DNA of 23,753 nucleotides from Fibrobacteria bacterium (GTDB taxonomy: Bacteria; Fibrobacterota; Fibrobacteria; UBA11236). The notes beneath the pieces were generated by a model. That model did no database searches, was not told the origin of the DNA, and was given only the letters and a program-made list of their open reading frames with translations. This document shows, in pieces, positions 1 through 8,281 of the stretch. Position numbers and translations under genes: made by a program. Position 1 is the stretch's first letter. Each line of letters opens with the position of its first letter. The stretch is from positions 1-23,753 of the forward strand of contig JAYTHY010000105.1 of assembly GCA_043732185.1 (NCBI GenBank), read 5' to 3'.

Positions 1-102
1 GAAAATTCGCACGTTGCTATACCTGACCGAATCAGGAAAGGGATAAGAGCGTGGGATTTTCGAGGCTAATTATGGTAGTAGAGTGCGAGAGGAAACAACT
101 CA
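1..102 (+). mobile_element. Probable degenerate right end of an IS3-family element
   Basis: Nt 5-28 (attcgcacgttgctatacctgacc; frame 2 IRTLLYLT) resemble the HSxLGYLTP C-terminal motif of IS3-family transposases. The segment ends in ...gaggaaacaactCA (101-102), like IS3 TG...CA termini, exactly where glycoside-hydrolase-like similarity begins. Confidence 0.4.
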
Positions 103-748
103 CTGGGCCCATTCGGTGGTCATTGGCGCTGAGGCCAATACAAGTATTATTAGAAACATTACTTTTAAAAACATCGATGCCGTACTGTTGGCCAAGGAAA
201 TGGATAACAATAATTATACCGGTGCCATGGGGATTTACAATAGTGACAATGCGGAGATTTCAGGGGTTCATTTTGAAGACTTCAGGGTGGATGTGTATTC
301 AGCAAACCGGCGCGTCATCAATCTCAGCATTAATAAATCAACGTGGGGCACTTCACAAACACGTGGCCAGATCCACGACGTGTATTTCAAAAACATCTCG
401 GTAGTTGATGACGGTGGCCATGGGTGGGAAAATTATATCAGCGGCTTTGACAACACGCATCTGATTTCGAATGTCACTTTCGAAAATCTTGATTTTCTGG
501 GAAAGCCCATTATCGGTGTCAGTGAAGGTAATTTCACTGTGAAGAACGCCAAGAATCTGTCCTTTCTGACAAGTACCACACGTGCCAAGCGTCCTGTGGC
601 GTCAATCGCGAAAAGTACGGCGATGGGAAGCCCTCATTTCAATGGGGTCAATCTCCGCGGCGAAGTGCTAAGGAATGGAAGATGCCGGGTTTCGGGGGAA
701 AACCCCTGTTTACTGCGCTTACGACTTAATAATGGAACCCAAAAATAG
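83..748 (+). pseudogene. 3' fragment of a secreted pectin-lyase-fold (GH28-like) beta-helix protein; N-terminus missing
   Basis: Beta-helix repeats: WAHSVVIGAE..IIRNITFKNID, ISGVHFEDFRV, IHDVYFKNISV, ISNVTFENL. There is an in-frame TAA at 44-46, no signal peptide or N-terminal half, and a basic C-terminal tail (..GVNLRGE..). Confidence 0.6.
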
Positions 749-761
749 AAAAAAAGCTTAA

Positions 762-945
762 GAGAGCACCTATAAATCGCTCCCTTTATCTGATGCGTAA
801 CATATAGGTTACTATGTTTATCTGAACCAAAATGAGTGCTATGTCCCAACTCGGTTTATTGGATCTCGACTACCGCCTCCAGGCCGATGGGAAATCTTTC
901 CGGGCCAAGTGCCTGGGCGAAAATGAGCTTCGAAAGGAGATGTAG
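762..945 (+). mobile_element. IS5-family remnant: left-end-like sequence plus transposase N-terminus only
   Basis: TTAA (758-761) is followed by GAGAGCACCTATAAAT, resembling IS5-subgroup ends. ATG 841 encodes MSQLGLLDLDYRLQ, like the MxQxGFFDxxxRL start of IS5 transposases, then diverges and stops at 945. No right end seen. Confidence 0.5.
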
Positions 946-1088
946 TCAAGTATGAACCAATCAAAAATGATATACATAGTCGGTTCCTTTAATCGGGATG
1001 TGAACGAAGAATTCTACATCAAAATTGCGCTGCTACAGTAAGGCAGGGGACAATATCTTGACCAAAGTAAGGAAAACCAGGAAATAAC

Positions 1089-1391
1089 ATGCTTTATATA
1101 ACAGTTAAGCTTTTCGGTAGGAATGGAATCCGAGGCGAATTCAAAGAATATGAGAAAATTGCGCTCAATATTTTTAAAAAGTACGGTGGAGAAGTCGTCG
1201 TCGCCTATAAACCTTCCAAGGAATTTAGCCAGACTGATGTTCCGGATGAAATTCAAATCTTGAGAATTTCTAATCGGACAGATTTTGGCGCTTTTATGAA
1301 CGATTCAGATAGAACCCGCTTGGCCAATTTGCGTGATGATGTGATCAGAAAAACCGACGTTTATTTCTCGGAGGAAATAATAGACTACTGA
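1089..1391 (+). CDS. DUF1330-like dimeric alpha/beta-barrel protein
   Basis: 100-aa ORF preceded by AGGA. The pattern FKEYE..A..IFKKYGGEV...PDEIQILR...F.AFMND.DR..LA.LR is typical of DUF1330. The gene looks AT-richer than its flanks. Confidence 0.7.
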   Translation: MLYITVKLFGRNGIRGEFKEYEKIALNIFKKYGGEVVVAYKPSKEFSQTDVPDEIQILRISNRTDFGAFMNDSDRTRLANLRDDVIRKTDVYFSEEIIDY

Positions 1392-1629
1392 CCTGGTTCA
1401 AAAAGCATTTGACTGGCAGCCCTTTCATTCTTACGGGGCAAGCCCGGAGAAAAAATAGATTTTGGGCAAAACATTTTTTCCGTTCCGCCAACTTTAAGTA
1501 CTCAGCTGTGAAAACCGAAGCTCTAAAGGGAATCCAGAAAATGTTTTCCACTCAAAATAAAATTGAGCTGTTCGCAAGAAGTTAGTTTGAGGGCGGGCTG
1601 TTTAGGGATTGGACGCCCAAGAGTTGTAA
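1388..1629 (+). pseudogene. C-terminal remnant of an MT-A70-family adenine methyltransferase
   Basis: Reading from 1388 gives LTWFKK..GSPF...IQKMFSTQNKIELFARS*FEG. After a 1-nt deletion at ~1595 it continues (W)AV*GLDAQEL*, matching the MT-A70 ending ELFARxxxxGWxxWG. It has two premature TAGs and no start or DPPW motif. Confidence 0.65.
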
Positions 1630-1644
1630 AACAGGTCCACCTAT

Positions 1645-2973
1645 TCAGGGGAAAGCTTGGCCCAATCCATTAATCAACAAACCGCGTTCTTCGGCAGAAT
1701 TCACGCTTGGATTGATGTTCATCCTGAATACGGGCATATAGACCGATTTGCCTCGTCGGCTGTTATTCGACAGCGCCGCATATTTATTCCTGGCCGGGCT
1801 AGTTTTGTTTTTTTTGATGACTGGGCTTCCAGAATTGAATTCAAATGCGCCCAAATCCAATGCTCCGCGAACGGTCCGTGCCTTGCTTGCATCGAGCGAT
1901 AAAAATTCAAAGGCGGGAACCAGACTGAATCCTTGCGCAGAATCGAAATTCCCCCCTTTATCGATAGCGGGTGAAGTGGACAACAAGTGGTAATCGAATG
2001 TGGTGCGATTGACGAATCCCGGCTCTCCACTGGCTAGCAGCAGATTGTTCGCTGTATCCGCAGTACCCGTAAACTGGGTGCCTGGACCTACAAAAAAATT
2101 GTTTCCAATTTTCGCGATATGGGTTCCAGTAGCTACCCGTACGAAATTGCCTCCGGACCTATCATTAACAAAGGTGTTGTTGTAGATAAACAAATCGTTG
2201 GGAGAGTTGGTAAGACCCTCGGCCCCATAAGAAACCAGCGTAGAATTGTCGCTAAGAGGACCTTGCTGAAATACATTACCAATGAGAAAGGAGGTTCCGC
2301 CGTTGGGTAAGTCTAAAGAATAGCTGGCGGTGCCATTCAAGCCGTCGAGAATCCGGTTGTAAAGGATGTAGTTGGCATTCGCCCGGCTTTTCACTTCATG
2401 GCCGATACGTGCTTCGTGGCTGTAACAGAAGCGCAAGGTGAAACTCTTGACATTCGAAATGTACATGTTGTGGCTTTGACCATCCCCAAATCCGTTGCCG
2501 GAAAATTCGGAATATTCGATCAAAACTTCGCTGGTCACGCCTCCGCCACCTAATATTCCATCTTCGTTTCCGTGAAAGTAACAGTGCCGGACGGTAAGAT
2601 TGTCCCCCTGTTGTCGAATACCTGCGCCGTTTTGATCCGGAACCGTGGCCCCGGAGAATTCAATATTCTCGACAACAGTATTTTTTCCGGAGATGACCCA
2701 GATGGCTTTGCCTTCCGCGCTTTTGCCCCCGGCATCCAAATGTGCAAACTTGGCGGCCCCTTTGAGCACCAAATTATTTTTAGTCCAACTCGCCACATCG
2801 CCTTGGTAAAGACCCGGTTCAATTAAAACAGTGTCCCCATCTTGGACATTCGACAACACAGCGCTGGGTACAGCGTACAGTTTTCCTGGTCCAACCGATA
2901 AAGTGCGGGCAAAAATGCCATAGGAAAGTAGGCATACAAGTGCAAGCCATCGAAATCGAATCCTACAATCCAT
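1645..2973 (-). CDS. Secreted right-handed parallel beta-helix (pectate-lyase-fold) protein
   Basis: Signal peptide (..SYGIFA-RT) and beta-helix motifs VGPGK.Y..PS, DGDTV.I.PG.Y.GD, VENIEFSGA, NGAGIR, HNMYI, GHEVKSRA. C-terminal cap DYHL...SPAIDKG...DLGAFE, followed by a basic tail. Confidence 0.85.
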   Translation of the reverse strand: MDCRIRFRWLALVCLLSYGIFARTLSVGPGKLYAVPSAVLSNVQDGDTVLIEPGLYQGDVASWTKNNLVLKGAAKFAHLDAGGKSAEGKAIWVISGKNTVVENIEFSGATVPDQNGAGIRQQGDNLTVRHCYFHGNEDGILGGGGVTSEVLIEYSEFSGNGFGDGQSHNMYISNVKSFTLRFCYSHEARIGHEVKSRANANYILYNRILDGLNGTASYSLDLPNGGTSFLIGNVFQQGPLSDNSTLVSYGAEGLTNSPNDLFIYNNTFVNDRSGGNFVRVATGTHIAKIGNNFFVGPGTQFTGTADTANNLLLASGEPGFVNRTTFDYHLLSTSPAIDKGGNFDSAQGFSLVPAFEFLSLDASKARTVRGALDLGAFEFNSGSPVIKKNKTSPARNKYAALSNNSRRGKSVYMPVFRMNINPSVNSAEERGLLINGLGQAFP

Positions 2974-2984
2974 GATCTGCGTCC

Positions 2985-4304
2985 TTAGGGGCCAATCGCG
3001 GGACCAGGAACCAAAACATAATTTTCGTCCAGAACCTGGCTGTTGCCAAGTCCATTTGCGATGGCAATAGCTTTAAGGCGAGTGGATTGCTTGAGCATTA
3101 TAGGTGCTGAATATTTCTGACTTTTGACACTTGGATTGGAACCATCAAAGGTCATGTAAATGGACCCGGCCGCCGATTTAGTGGATAGGCTGACTAGGAG
3201 CGAATCTTTAAACTGAGTGCCTGCCGGCGTGGCAACGGGGGGATATGGGACTAGGACATAATTGTTCACCGATATCGGGCTGCGATTGTGATCTTTCATG
3301 AAAGCGATCGCCGTGATGGTCGCGCTCCCGTATAAGGTAAGCGGTTTGGTGTATCGAGTGGAACCAAATACCGGGGTGCTACCATTTAAGGTATAGAAAA
3401 GAGTCGCTCCCGCTTCGCTGGTTAAAGTAACCGTCACTGAATCCGTAAAGGCAAACTGACCGGCAGGCTCCGCTGCGGGTGGGGCAAGAACCGGATTTGG
3501 CACAGGCATAGTGAGCAAGTCCAGTTTAATCCCAGGTTTGAGAGGGTGCGACCAAACTCCGCCCAGCGAATCCTCCATGGCATTGACCCAGCCATCGGCA
3601 GAAATAAGGCGTAAGGGCAGTTTTCCAGGAGGCATATCGTGGAAATGGAAACTATCGCCTTGGATATGGGCATAGTACGGTGTCCCTGGGACAAAGAGAC
3701 CCAGCGGGTGACTGCGCAAGCCAATCGTGTCGATAGTGCCTTGGTATGCTTTGCCAGGTGCAACATCGATAAACAAAGTGTCGCCACCTGTATAGTCCGC
3801 ATAGTGTAACCTACCAGTTACGGTATCAGAACGGATACTGGTAAGCCATCCAGCGGTGGAATCAAATCCCATTAAGACAATGTTGAAATCTGGCAAGGTG
3901 GATGTCAGTGTGTCTAGTTGCGAACGCTTGAAGAGAGGTTGGACGGGATTGGCATTTACCAGATTTGCGAGCAAGGCGCGCGTGATGGTGAAGTCATTGG
4001 TGGTATTGAGAACAATGGTTGAGATTTCTTCTTCACCCAGAATTACCTGCGGGTTTGAAAAGCCATCGTCAGGTGGGGGAGTGAAGAACTTGGGATTGCT
4101 GCCCACGGCGAAGAATTGGATAAAGCCGTGGTAGGGCGCATCGTTTTTGGTTCCTCGAATTTTGAGAGTTAACCCTGGGTTGCCTGCCTCCGTGCTGGTT
4201 CCGCCTTCGTTGCAGCCTCCCAAATACGCACTAGAGAATAAAACCAGAAAAACCAAGACTAGGGCAGAAGTGAGTTTAGACCAGCCTAGGTGCGGGTTAT
4301 TCAT
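2985..4304 (-). CDS. Lipoprotein with two C-terminal chitobiase/beta-hexosaminidase C-terminal (Fn3-associated) domains
   Basis: Lipobox LGGC followed by NEGGTSTEAGNP. Two repeats (P.G.F.DS..V.L....G...Y.T..GS.P...S..Y..P..L..S....AIA) at the C-terminus. Confidence 0.85.
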   Translation of the reverse strand: MNNPHLGWSKLTSALVLVFLVLFSSAYLGGCNEGGTSTEAGNPGLTLKIRGTKNDAPYHGFIQFFAVGSNPKFFTPPPDDGFSNPQVILGEEEISTIVLNTTNDFTITRALLANLVNANPVQPLFKRSQLDTLTSTLPDFNIVLMGFDSTAGWLTSIRSDTVTGRLHYADYTGGDTLFIDVAPGKAYQGTIDTIGLRSHPLGLFVPGTPYYAHIQGDSFHFHDMPPGKLPLRLISADGWVNAMEDSLGGVWSHPLKPGIKLDLLTMPVPNPVLAPPAAEPAGQFAFTDSVTVTLTSEAGATLFYTLNGSTPVFGSTRYTKPLTLYGSATITAIAFMKDHNRSPISVNNYVLVPYPPVATPAGTQFKDSLLVSLSTKSAAGSIYMTFDGSNPSVKSQKYSAPIMLKQSTRLKAIAIANGLGNSQVLDENYVLVPGPAIGP

Positions 4305-5134
4305 GGAATCCGTGCTCCGGGAAAAAGCTGAATGTTTAGAATGTTCACCTGGTTCATGGCCTCGTCCCTGTCGATGATTTCCCTCACTTCTTGGAGAAAG
4401 GCATCGATGCGTTGTTTGACTGCCAGAAACCCTTTATTAGATACCGAAAAAGCCAGCACATTGAATTGACGTTGCTCGGCTGGAAATTGATCCAAGGCTC
4501 CGGCTGCAAGACGCAGGAATTCTTTGTGGTAATCTTTCGCCACTTGTCCAGTAAATACCTTGTCCGTTACCAAATGACGGTCGGTGACGCTGTACCCGTT
4601 GGCCTTCTTTTTGATCAGCCCCATGTCGAGAAGCAGGTTCAGGGATTCCTCCACATCTGCGGTGGACATGTTTTCCGCGAGGTGTTTGGCTATGCGGGCC
4701 GGAGTGGCCTCCGCCTTATCCAATCCAAGATAATTCCAAATCACACTGTGATGCCAGTTGGCAAAAAACCGATACTGTTTTTCCAATAGAATTTTTGCTT
4801 GGGAGCCGCGGTGTTTGGATAGGTAAGCGAAGAAATGATTTTTTTCCTCGAGCGATTTCGCCTGATTGAATTGGACTAGGAAATCAAAATATTCGGCGGC
4901 TTTGGACTCGAGGTGCAAGGCTTTCACAAATTGAAGCCTTTGCCTCTGGGTCAGATTGCGGCTGCCTTTCAAAAGATTAGTCATGAATCCAGAGCTGGAA
5001 ATTCCTAGAGCGGGATTGCGGGCAAAGGTGCGCATGGAGTATCCAGGCTGCACGGACTTGCGATACCTGAAGTAATCCTTCAAATAACTGCGAAAATCAA
5101 GGTAATTGGTGACTACGGGCGCTTCTGGACTCAT
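4301..5134 (-). CDS. TIGR02147 family protein (N-terminal HTH-like region, DUF4423-type C-terminus)
   Basis: YLDFRSYLKDYF..RK...YS.R.FA...G.SS.GF...LLKG.RNL, YF..LV.FNQAK, QY.FF..W.H.VI and the terminal NIQLFP are the family signature. ATGA overlap with the lipoprotein gene. Confidence 0.9.
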   Translation of the reverse strand: MSPEAPVVTNYLDFRSYLKDYFRYRKSVQPGYSMRTFARNPALGISSSGFMTNLLKGSRNLTQRQRLQFVKALHLESKAAEYFDFLVQFNQAKSLEEKNHFFAYLSKHRGSQAKILLEKQYRFFANWHHSVIWNYLGLDKAEATPARIAKHLAENMSTADVEESLNLLLDMGLIKKKANGYSVTDRHLVTDKVFTGQVAKDYHKEFLRLAAGALDQFPAEQRQFNVLAFSVSNKGFLAVKQRIDAFLQEVREIIDRDEAMNQVNILNIQLFPGARIP

Positions 5135-5192
5135 ATTGAATTCCTAAGATAACACCCGGCCCTTGGAGAAGCCCTAAGAATTGCGGGTTGAT

Positions 5193-5209
5193 GCTCTCAA
5201 TTTGAGAGC
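5193..5209. promoter_or_regulatory. Perfect 17-bp palindrome GCTCTCAA-T-TTGAGAGC, candidate operator
   Basis: Seen directly, about 60 bp upstream of the TIGR02147 start in the divergent intergenic region. Confidence 0.5.
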
Positions 5210-5269
5210 GAAAACTAGGGCCACGACTCCGCGTCCATTTTCACCCGATGGTATGTTATAGACCTACCC

Positions 5270-5341
5270 CGCGTATCGGACTCGTCCTCCGTAGCGCGTT
5301 CAAGGCTCTGGCCGGTGTAATGCCGGCTGGGGCCCCTCTTT
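5270..5341 (+). other. Two tandem hairpins upstream of nuoJ (candidate structured leader/sRNA or attenuator)
   Basis: Stem 1 spans 5270-5298. Stem 2 spans 5304-5334 with 14 pairs, 5 of them G-U on the + strand, and is followed by CCTCTTT. An extended -10-like TGgTATGTT lies at 5249-5257. Confidence 0.4.
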
Positions 5342-5463
5342 ATAATATCTGGCAATCTTTCTAAAATTACGTTAAAATCAAGGTTTTACGTTAAATCGAG
5401 TGTACCTGTAGGCGGCCGCAGAGGCTACCGCAAGTTTTGCTGCAAACATAAGGTCAGGGAATT

Positions 5464-6024
5464 TTGCCAGTTTCACCCCTTGTCGAAATCGCCTTTGGCC
5501 TATCGGCTGGCGCTATTCTACTGGCATCCCTTGCCGTGGTTTTGGTTAAAAACCCGGTGCATGCGACCATGCTTCTCATCGCCTCTTTTTTGCCCACTTC
5601 GCTGGTCTACCTCCTTTTACAGGCTTCCTTCGTAGGCGTTTTGCAGATCCTGGTGTATGCCGGTGCCATCATGATGCTCTTTACCTTTGTTTTAATGATG
5701 ATCAACCCTTCACCCAGAGGCGGAGAATCGCCCGCTACCGGTGGGGATAATGTGCATCCTACCTGGACTTCCGCCCTCATTGGTCTCGTCATTCTGGGGG
5801 GGCTTGGCGTACTTTTGATCCCTCGGGTTTATCATGCCGCAGCCTTGGTTTCGGTAGCGCCGGTTTCCAAACCCGGGTTCGGGGATTTAACCTCAATTGC
5901 CGATCTCCTATTTAAAGATCCCTCCCACAACCCGCTCACCGTTTCCTTTGAGTTGATTTCTTTTCTTATCCTCGTAGGCATTATCGCGGCCCTTAATTTC
6001 TCCCGGCGCAAAGGGTCCACATGA
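5464..6024 (+). CDS. nuoJ: NADH-quinone oxidoreductase subunit J
   Basis: KNPVHA, LQILVYAGAIMMLF and FELISFLILVGIIAA motifs; TTG start; directly precedes nuoK. Confidence 0.92.
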   Translation: MPVSPLVEIAFGLSAGAILLASLAVVLVKNPVHATMLLIASFLPTSLVYLLLQASFVGVLQILVYAGAIMMLFTFVLMMINPSPRGGESPATGGDNVHPTWTSALIGLVILGGLGVLLIPRVYHAAALVSVAPVSKPGFGDLTSIADLLFKDPSHNPLTVSFELISFLILVGIIAALNFSRRKGST

Positions 6025-6362
6025 ACCTTACCTTGTTCACGCTTCCCAACTGCCTGGCCCTTTCCTTATTGCTGGTTCTCATTGGCAGTTATGGCGTATT
6101 TCATCGTCGCAGTCTCATCATGATTCTTCTTTCTATTGAAGTGATGTTGAACGGCGTGAACCTGTCCATGGTCTCCTTCAATTATTTCCGATTTGGTACG
6201 TCCGAGACCAGTCATTATCTCTATATGCTGTCCATCGGCGTGGCGGCAGTGGAAGCGGCTGTCGGCCTTTCCATGATCATCGTGCTCTTCAAAAACTACC
6301 AGGACATTACCCGTGAAAGAGTGTCGCATCTCGGAGAGCGGACCGTGGGAGAAGGGTCATGA
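6021..6362 (+). CDS. nuoK: NADH-quinone oxidoreductase subunit K
   Basis: ILLSIEVMLN and VAAVEAAVGL carry both conserved Glu residues; ATGA overlaps on both sides. Confidence 0.95.
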   Translation: MNLTLFTLPNCLALSLLLVLIGSYGVFHRRSLIMILLSIEVMLNGVNLSMVSFNYFRFGTSETSHYLYMLSIGVAAVEAAVGLSMIIVLFKNYQDITRERVSHLGERTVGEGS

Positions 6363-8278
6363 CAAATCCCTGGATTCTTTTGCTCATACCCGTGATACCA
6401 GGGCTTTCGGCGGCAGTATTAGCATTGCTGGGAAAGCGTCTGCCCTATAATTTTCTGGGAGGGTTAGCCAGTTTGGCTGTAGGTATTTCCCTAGCCCTGA
6501 CCTTGGGCTTTTGCAAAGCCGGGGTGTTTGGGGCTGGTCAACCCATTGATTTTTCCGCAGGACCGTGGATTGCCACGCAAGGGTTCCAAACCGGCTTGCA
6601 TCTGCACCTCAATTCCGTTTCACTGGCCATGTGCCTGCTGGTGACGGGTTTTGGTTTTCTCATTACGGTTTATTCCATCGGATACATGCGGCATGATACT
6701 GAGCAATACCGTTTCTTTGCCAGTTTAAACTTGTTCGTGGCCGCAATGTTGACTCTGGTGCTGGCGGATAATTTAGTGCTGCTTTTTCTGGGATGGGAAG
6801 GGGTCGGCCTCTGTTCGTATCTTCTTATTGGGCATTACTGGGAAAAGGAAGATGTGCCGGTGGCGGCATTTAGAGCATTCTTTGTTAACCGCATTGGTGA
6901 TGTGGCTTTTCTACTGGGTGTGTTTTCCATTTATCGCATGTTCGGCACTGTTTCACTTTCTGAGCTGGAGACCCATGGCGCTGGATTGGCGGGCATTTAC
7001 CATGGAAAGGCGACGTTAGCGGCTTTGCTTTTACTTGGTGGCGCTTTCGCGAAATCGGCGCAGGCACCGCTGCATGTATGGCTAGCCGATGCCATGGCTG
7101 GCCCGACTCCGGTCAGCGCGCTTATCCATGCCGCCACCATGGTAACGGCGGGCATTTACCTGATCATGCGCCTCGATTGGCTGTATGCGGTTGCGCCGGA
7201 GGCCAGGCTGGTGGTGGCTGTATGCGCGCTGGTAACTTTAGTGGTGGGCGCGGCCTTGGCTTTAGTGCAAACCGACATCAAAAAAATTCTCGCCTACTCC
7301 ACACTTTCCAATTTGGCGCTGATGTTTTTAGCCTTGGCTGCGCATTCCTCAGCTGCGGCGATGCTGCATTTGTTCGGCCACGCCTTCTTCAAAGCGTTGT
7401 TGTTCTTGGCTGCCGGCAGTGTTATTTTAGCAGCCCATCATGAACAGGATGTGCGGCATCTAAAAGGGGTACTCAAGAAACTGCCGATTACAAACTTGGC
7501 TTTTTTAATTGGATGCGTGGGCGGTGCGGGACTTTTGCCTTTTCTATCAGCGGGATTCTTCAGCAAAGAAGCAGTGCTCGGATCTCTTGAAGAGGCGCAG
7601 TTTATGGGATGGGGATTGTATTTGCCGTCCAATTTTGTGTACTGGGTGGTGGTGGCGGTGGAATGCGTTTCTGTGCTTTATTTATTCAGGCTATACGGAT
7701 ATTTGCGCAGTGATGCCGCAGACTCCAGTCATCATGGGGAAGTCAAAGAGACCAGCCTAAGCATTAAGTTCGTGCTAGCCGTTCTGGCCGCAGCGGCGCC
7801 TCTTTTTGGATACTTCAGCGCCACGCCCCGCTTTGGTGGGAATGGTTTCCTGTACGCAGTTTTAACTGGCGGAGGAGTTGAAGAGTCTGGGCCTAGCTTT
7901 ACACATGTTCTTCCCTTCCTTATCGTGAATATCGTCCTGGCGGGAGTATGCTTTTTCTTTTTCTCCACCTCCAAAGTACGGGAACCTTGGCTGGCCAAGC
8001 TCCGGCCTCTGCGCATGGGAAACTATGGCCCGTTGTCGCGCAAATTTTATTTCGACGATTGCTATGAATACGCTATCCTGATACCGCTCAAGGCCGCCGC
8101 TTATTTAAGCCGACTGATTCTGGAAAGTATTTTCTCCGGGTACCTTTCGGCGGGAGGATGGTTGAGCAAAGGTTTGTCGCATGTGCTACGCCTTCTGCAA
8201 ACCGGCAAGGCCAATCAATACGCCATGGTGGTTTTAGTAGCGGTTTTTCTCCTAGCCTATTACCTGGGAGGGCGCTAG
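6359..8278 (+). CDS. nuoL: NADH-quinone oxidoreductase subunit L
   Basis: YSIGYM, GWEGVGLCSYLLIG, NRIGD, KSAQ.PLHVWLADAMAGPTPVSALIHAATMVTAG, HAFFKALLFL, GFFSKE, and a lateral helix ending LQTG...Y. Confidence 0.96.
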   Translation: MTNPWILLLIPVIPGLSAAVLALLGKRLPYNFLGGLASLAVGISLALTLGFCKAGVFGAGQPIDFSAGPWIATQGFQTGLHLHLNSVSLAMCLLVTGFGFLITVYSIGYMRHDTEQYRFFASLNLFVAAMLTLVLADNLVLLFLGWEGVGLCSYLLIGHYWEKEDVPVAAFRAFFVNRIGDVAFLLGVFSIYRMFGTVSLSELETHGAGLAGIYHGKATLAALLLLGGAFAKSAQAPLHVWLADAMAGPTPVSALIHAATMVTAGIYLIMRLDWLYAVAPEARLVVAVCALVTLVVGAALALVQTDIKKILAYSTLSNLALMFLALAAHSSAAAMLHLFGHAFFKALLFLAAGSVILAAHHEQDVRHLKGVLKKLPITNLAFLIGCVGGAGLLPFLSAGFFSKEAVLGSLEEAQFMGWGLYLPSNFVYWVVVAVECVSVLYLFRLYGYLRSDAADSSHHGEVKETSLSIKFVLAVLAAAAPLFGYFSATPRFGGNGFLYAVLTGGGVEESGPSFTHVLPFLIVNIVLAGVCFFFFSTSKVREPWLAKLRPLRMGNYGPLSRKFYFDDCYEYAILIPLKAAAYLSRLILESIFSGYLSAGGWLSKGLSHVLRLLQTGKANQYAMVVLVAVFLLAYYLGGR

Positions 8279-8281
8279 AAC

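Noticed and set aside
952..1041. 29-codon ORF MNQSKMIYIVGSF...
   Set aside because: Too short and without a recognisable motif. It may be another relic but cannot be supported.
950..1400. DUF1330 gene as an integron cassette
   Set aside because: No RYYYAAC...GTTRRRY attC structure is recognisable after the stop, and there is no integrase.
1345..1551. 68-aa minus-strand ORF
   Set aside because: The region is better explained by the + strand MT-A70 relic.
5294..5340. tRNA suggested by GTTCAA
   Set aside because: The flanks do not form a T-stem, and no cloverleaf or CCA end can be built.
5408..5431. REP-like GTAG + GC-rich palindrome
   Set aside because: Single imperfect copy about 6 kb from the RAYT-like gene, with no second copy seen.
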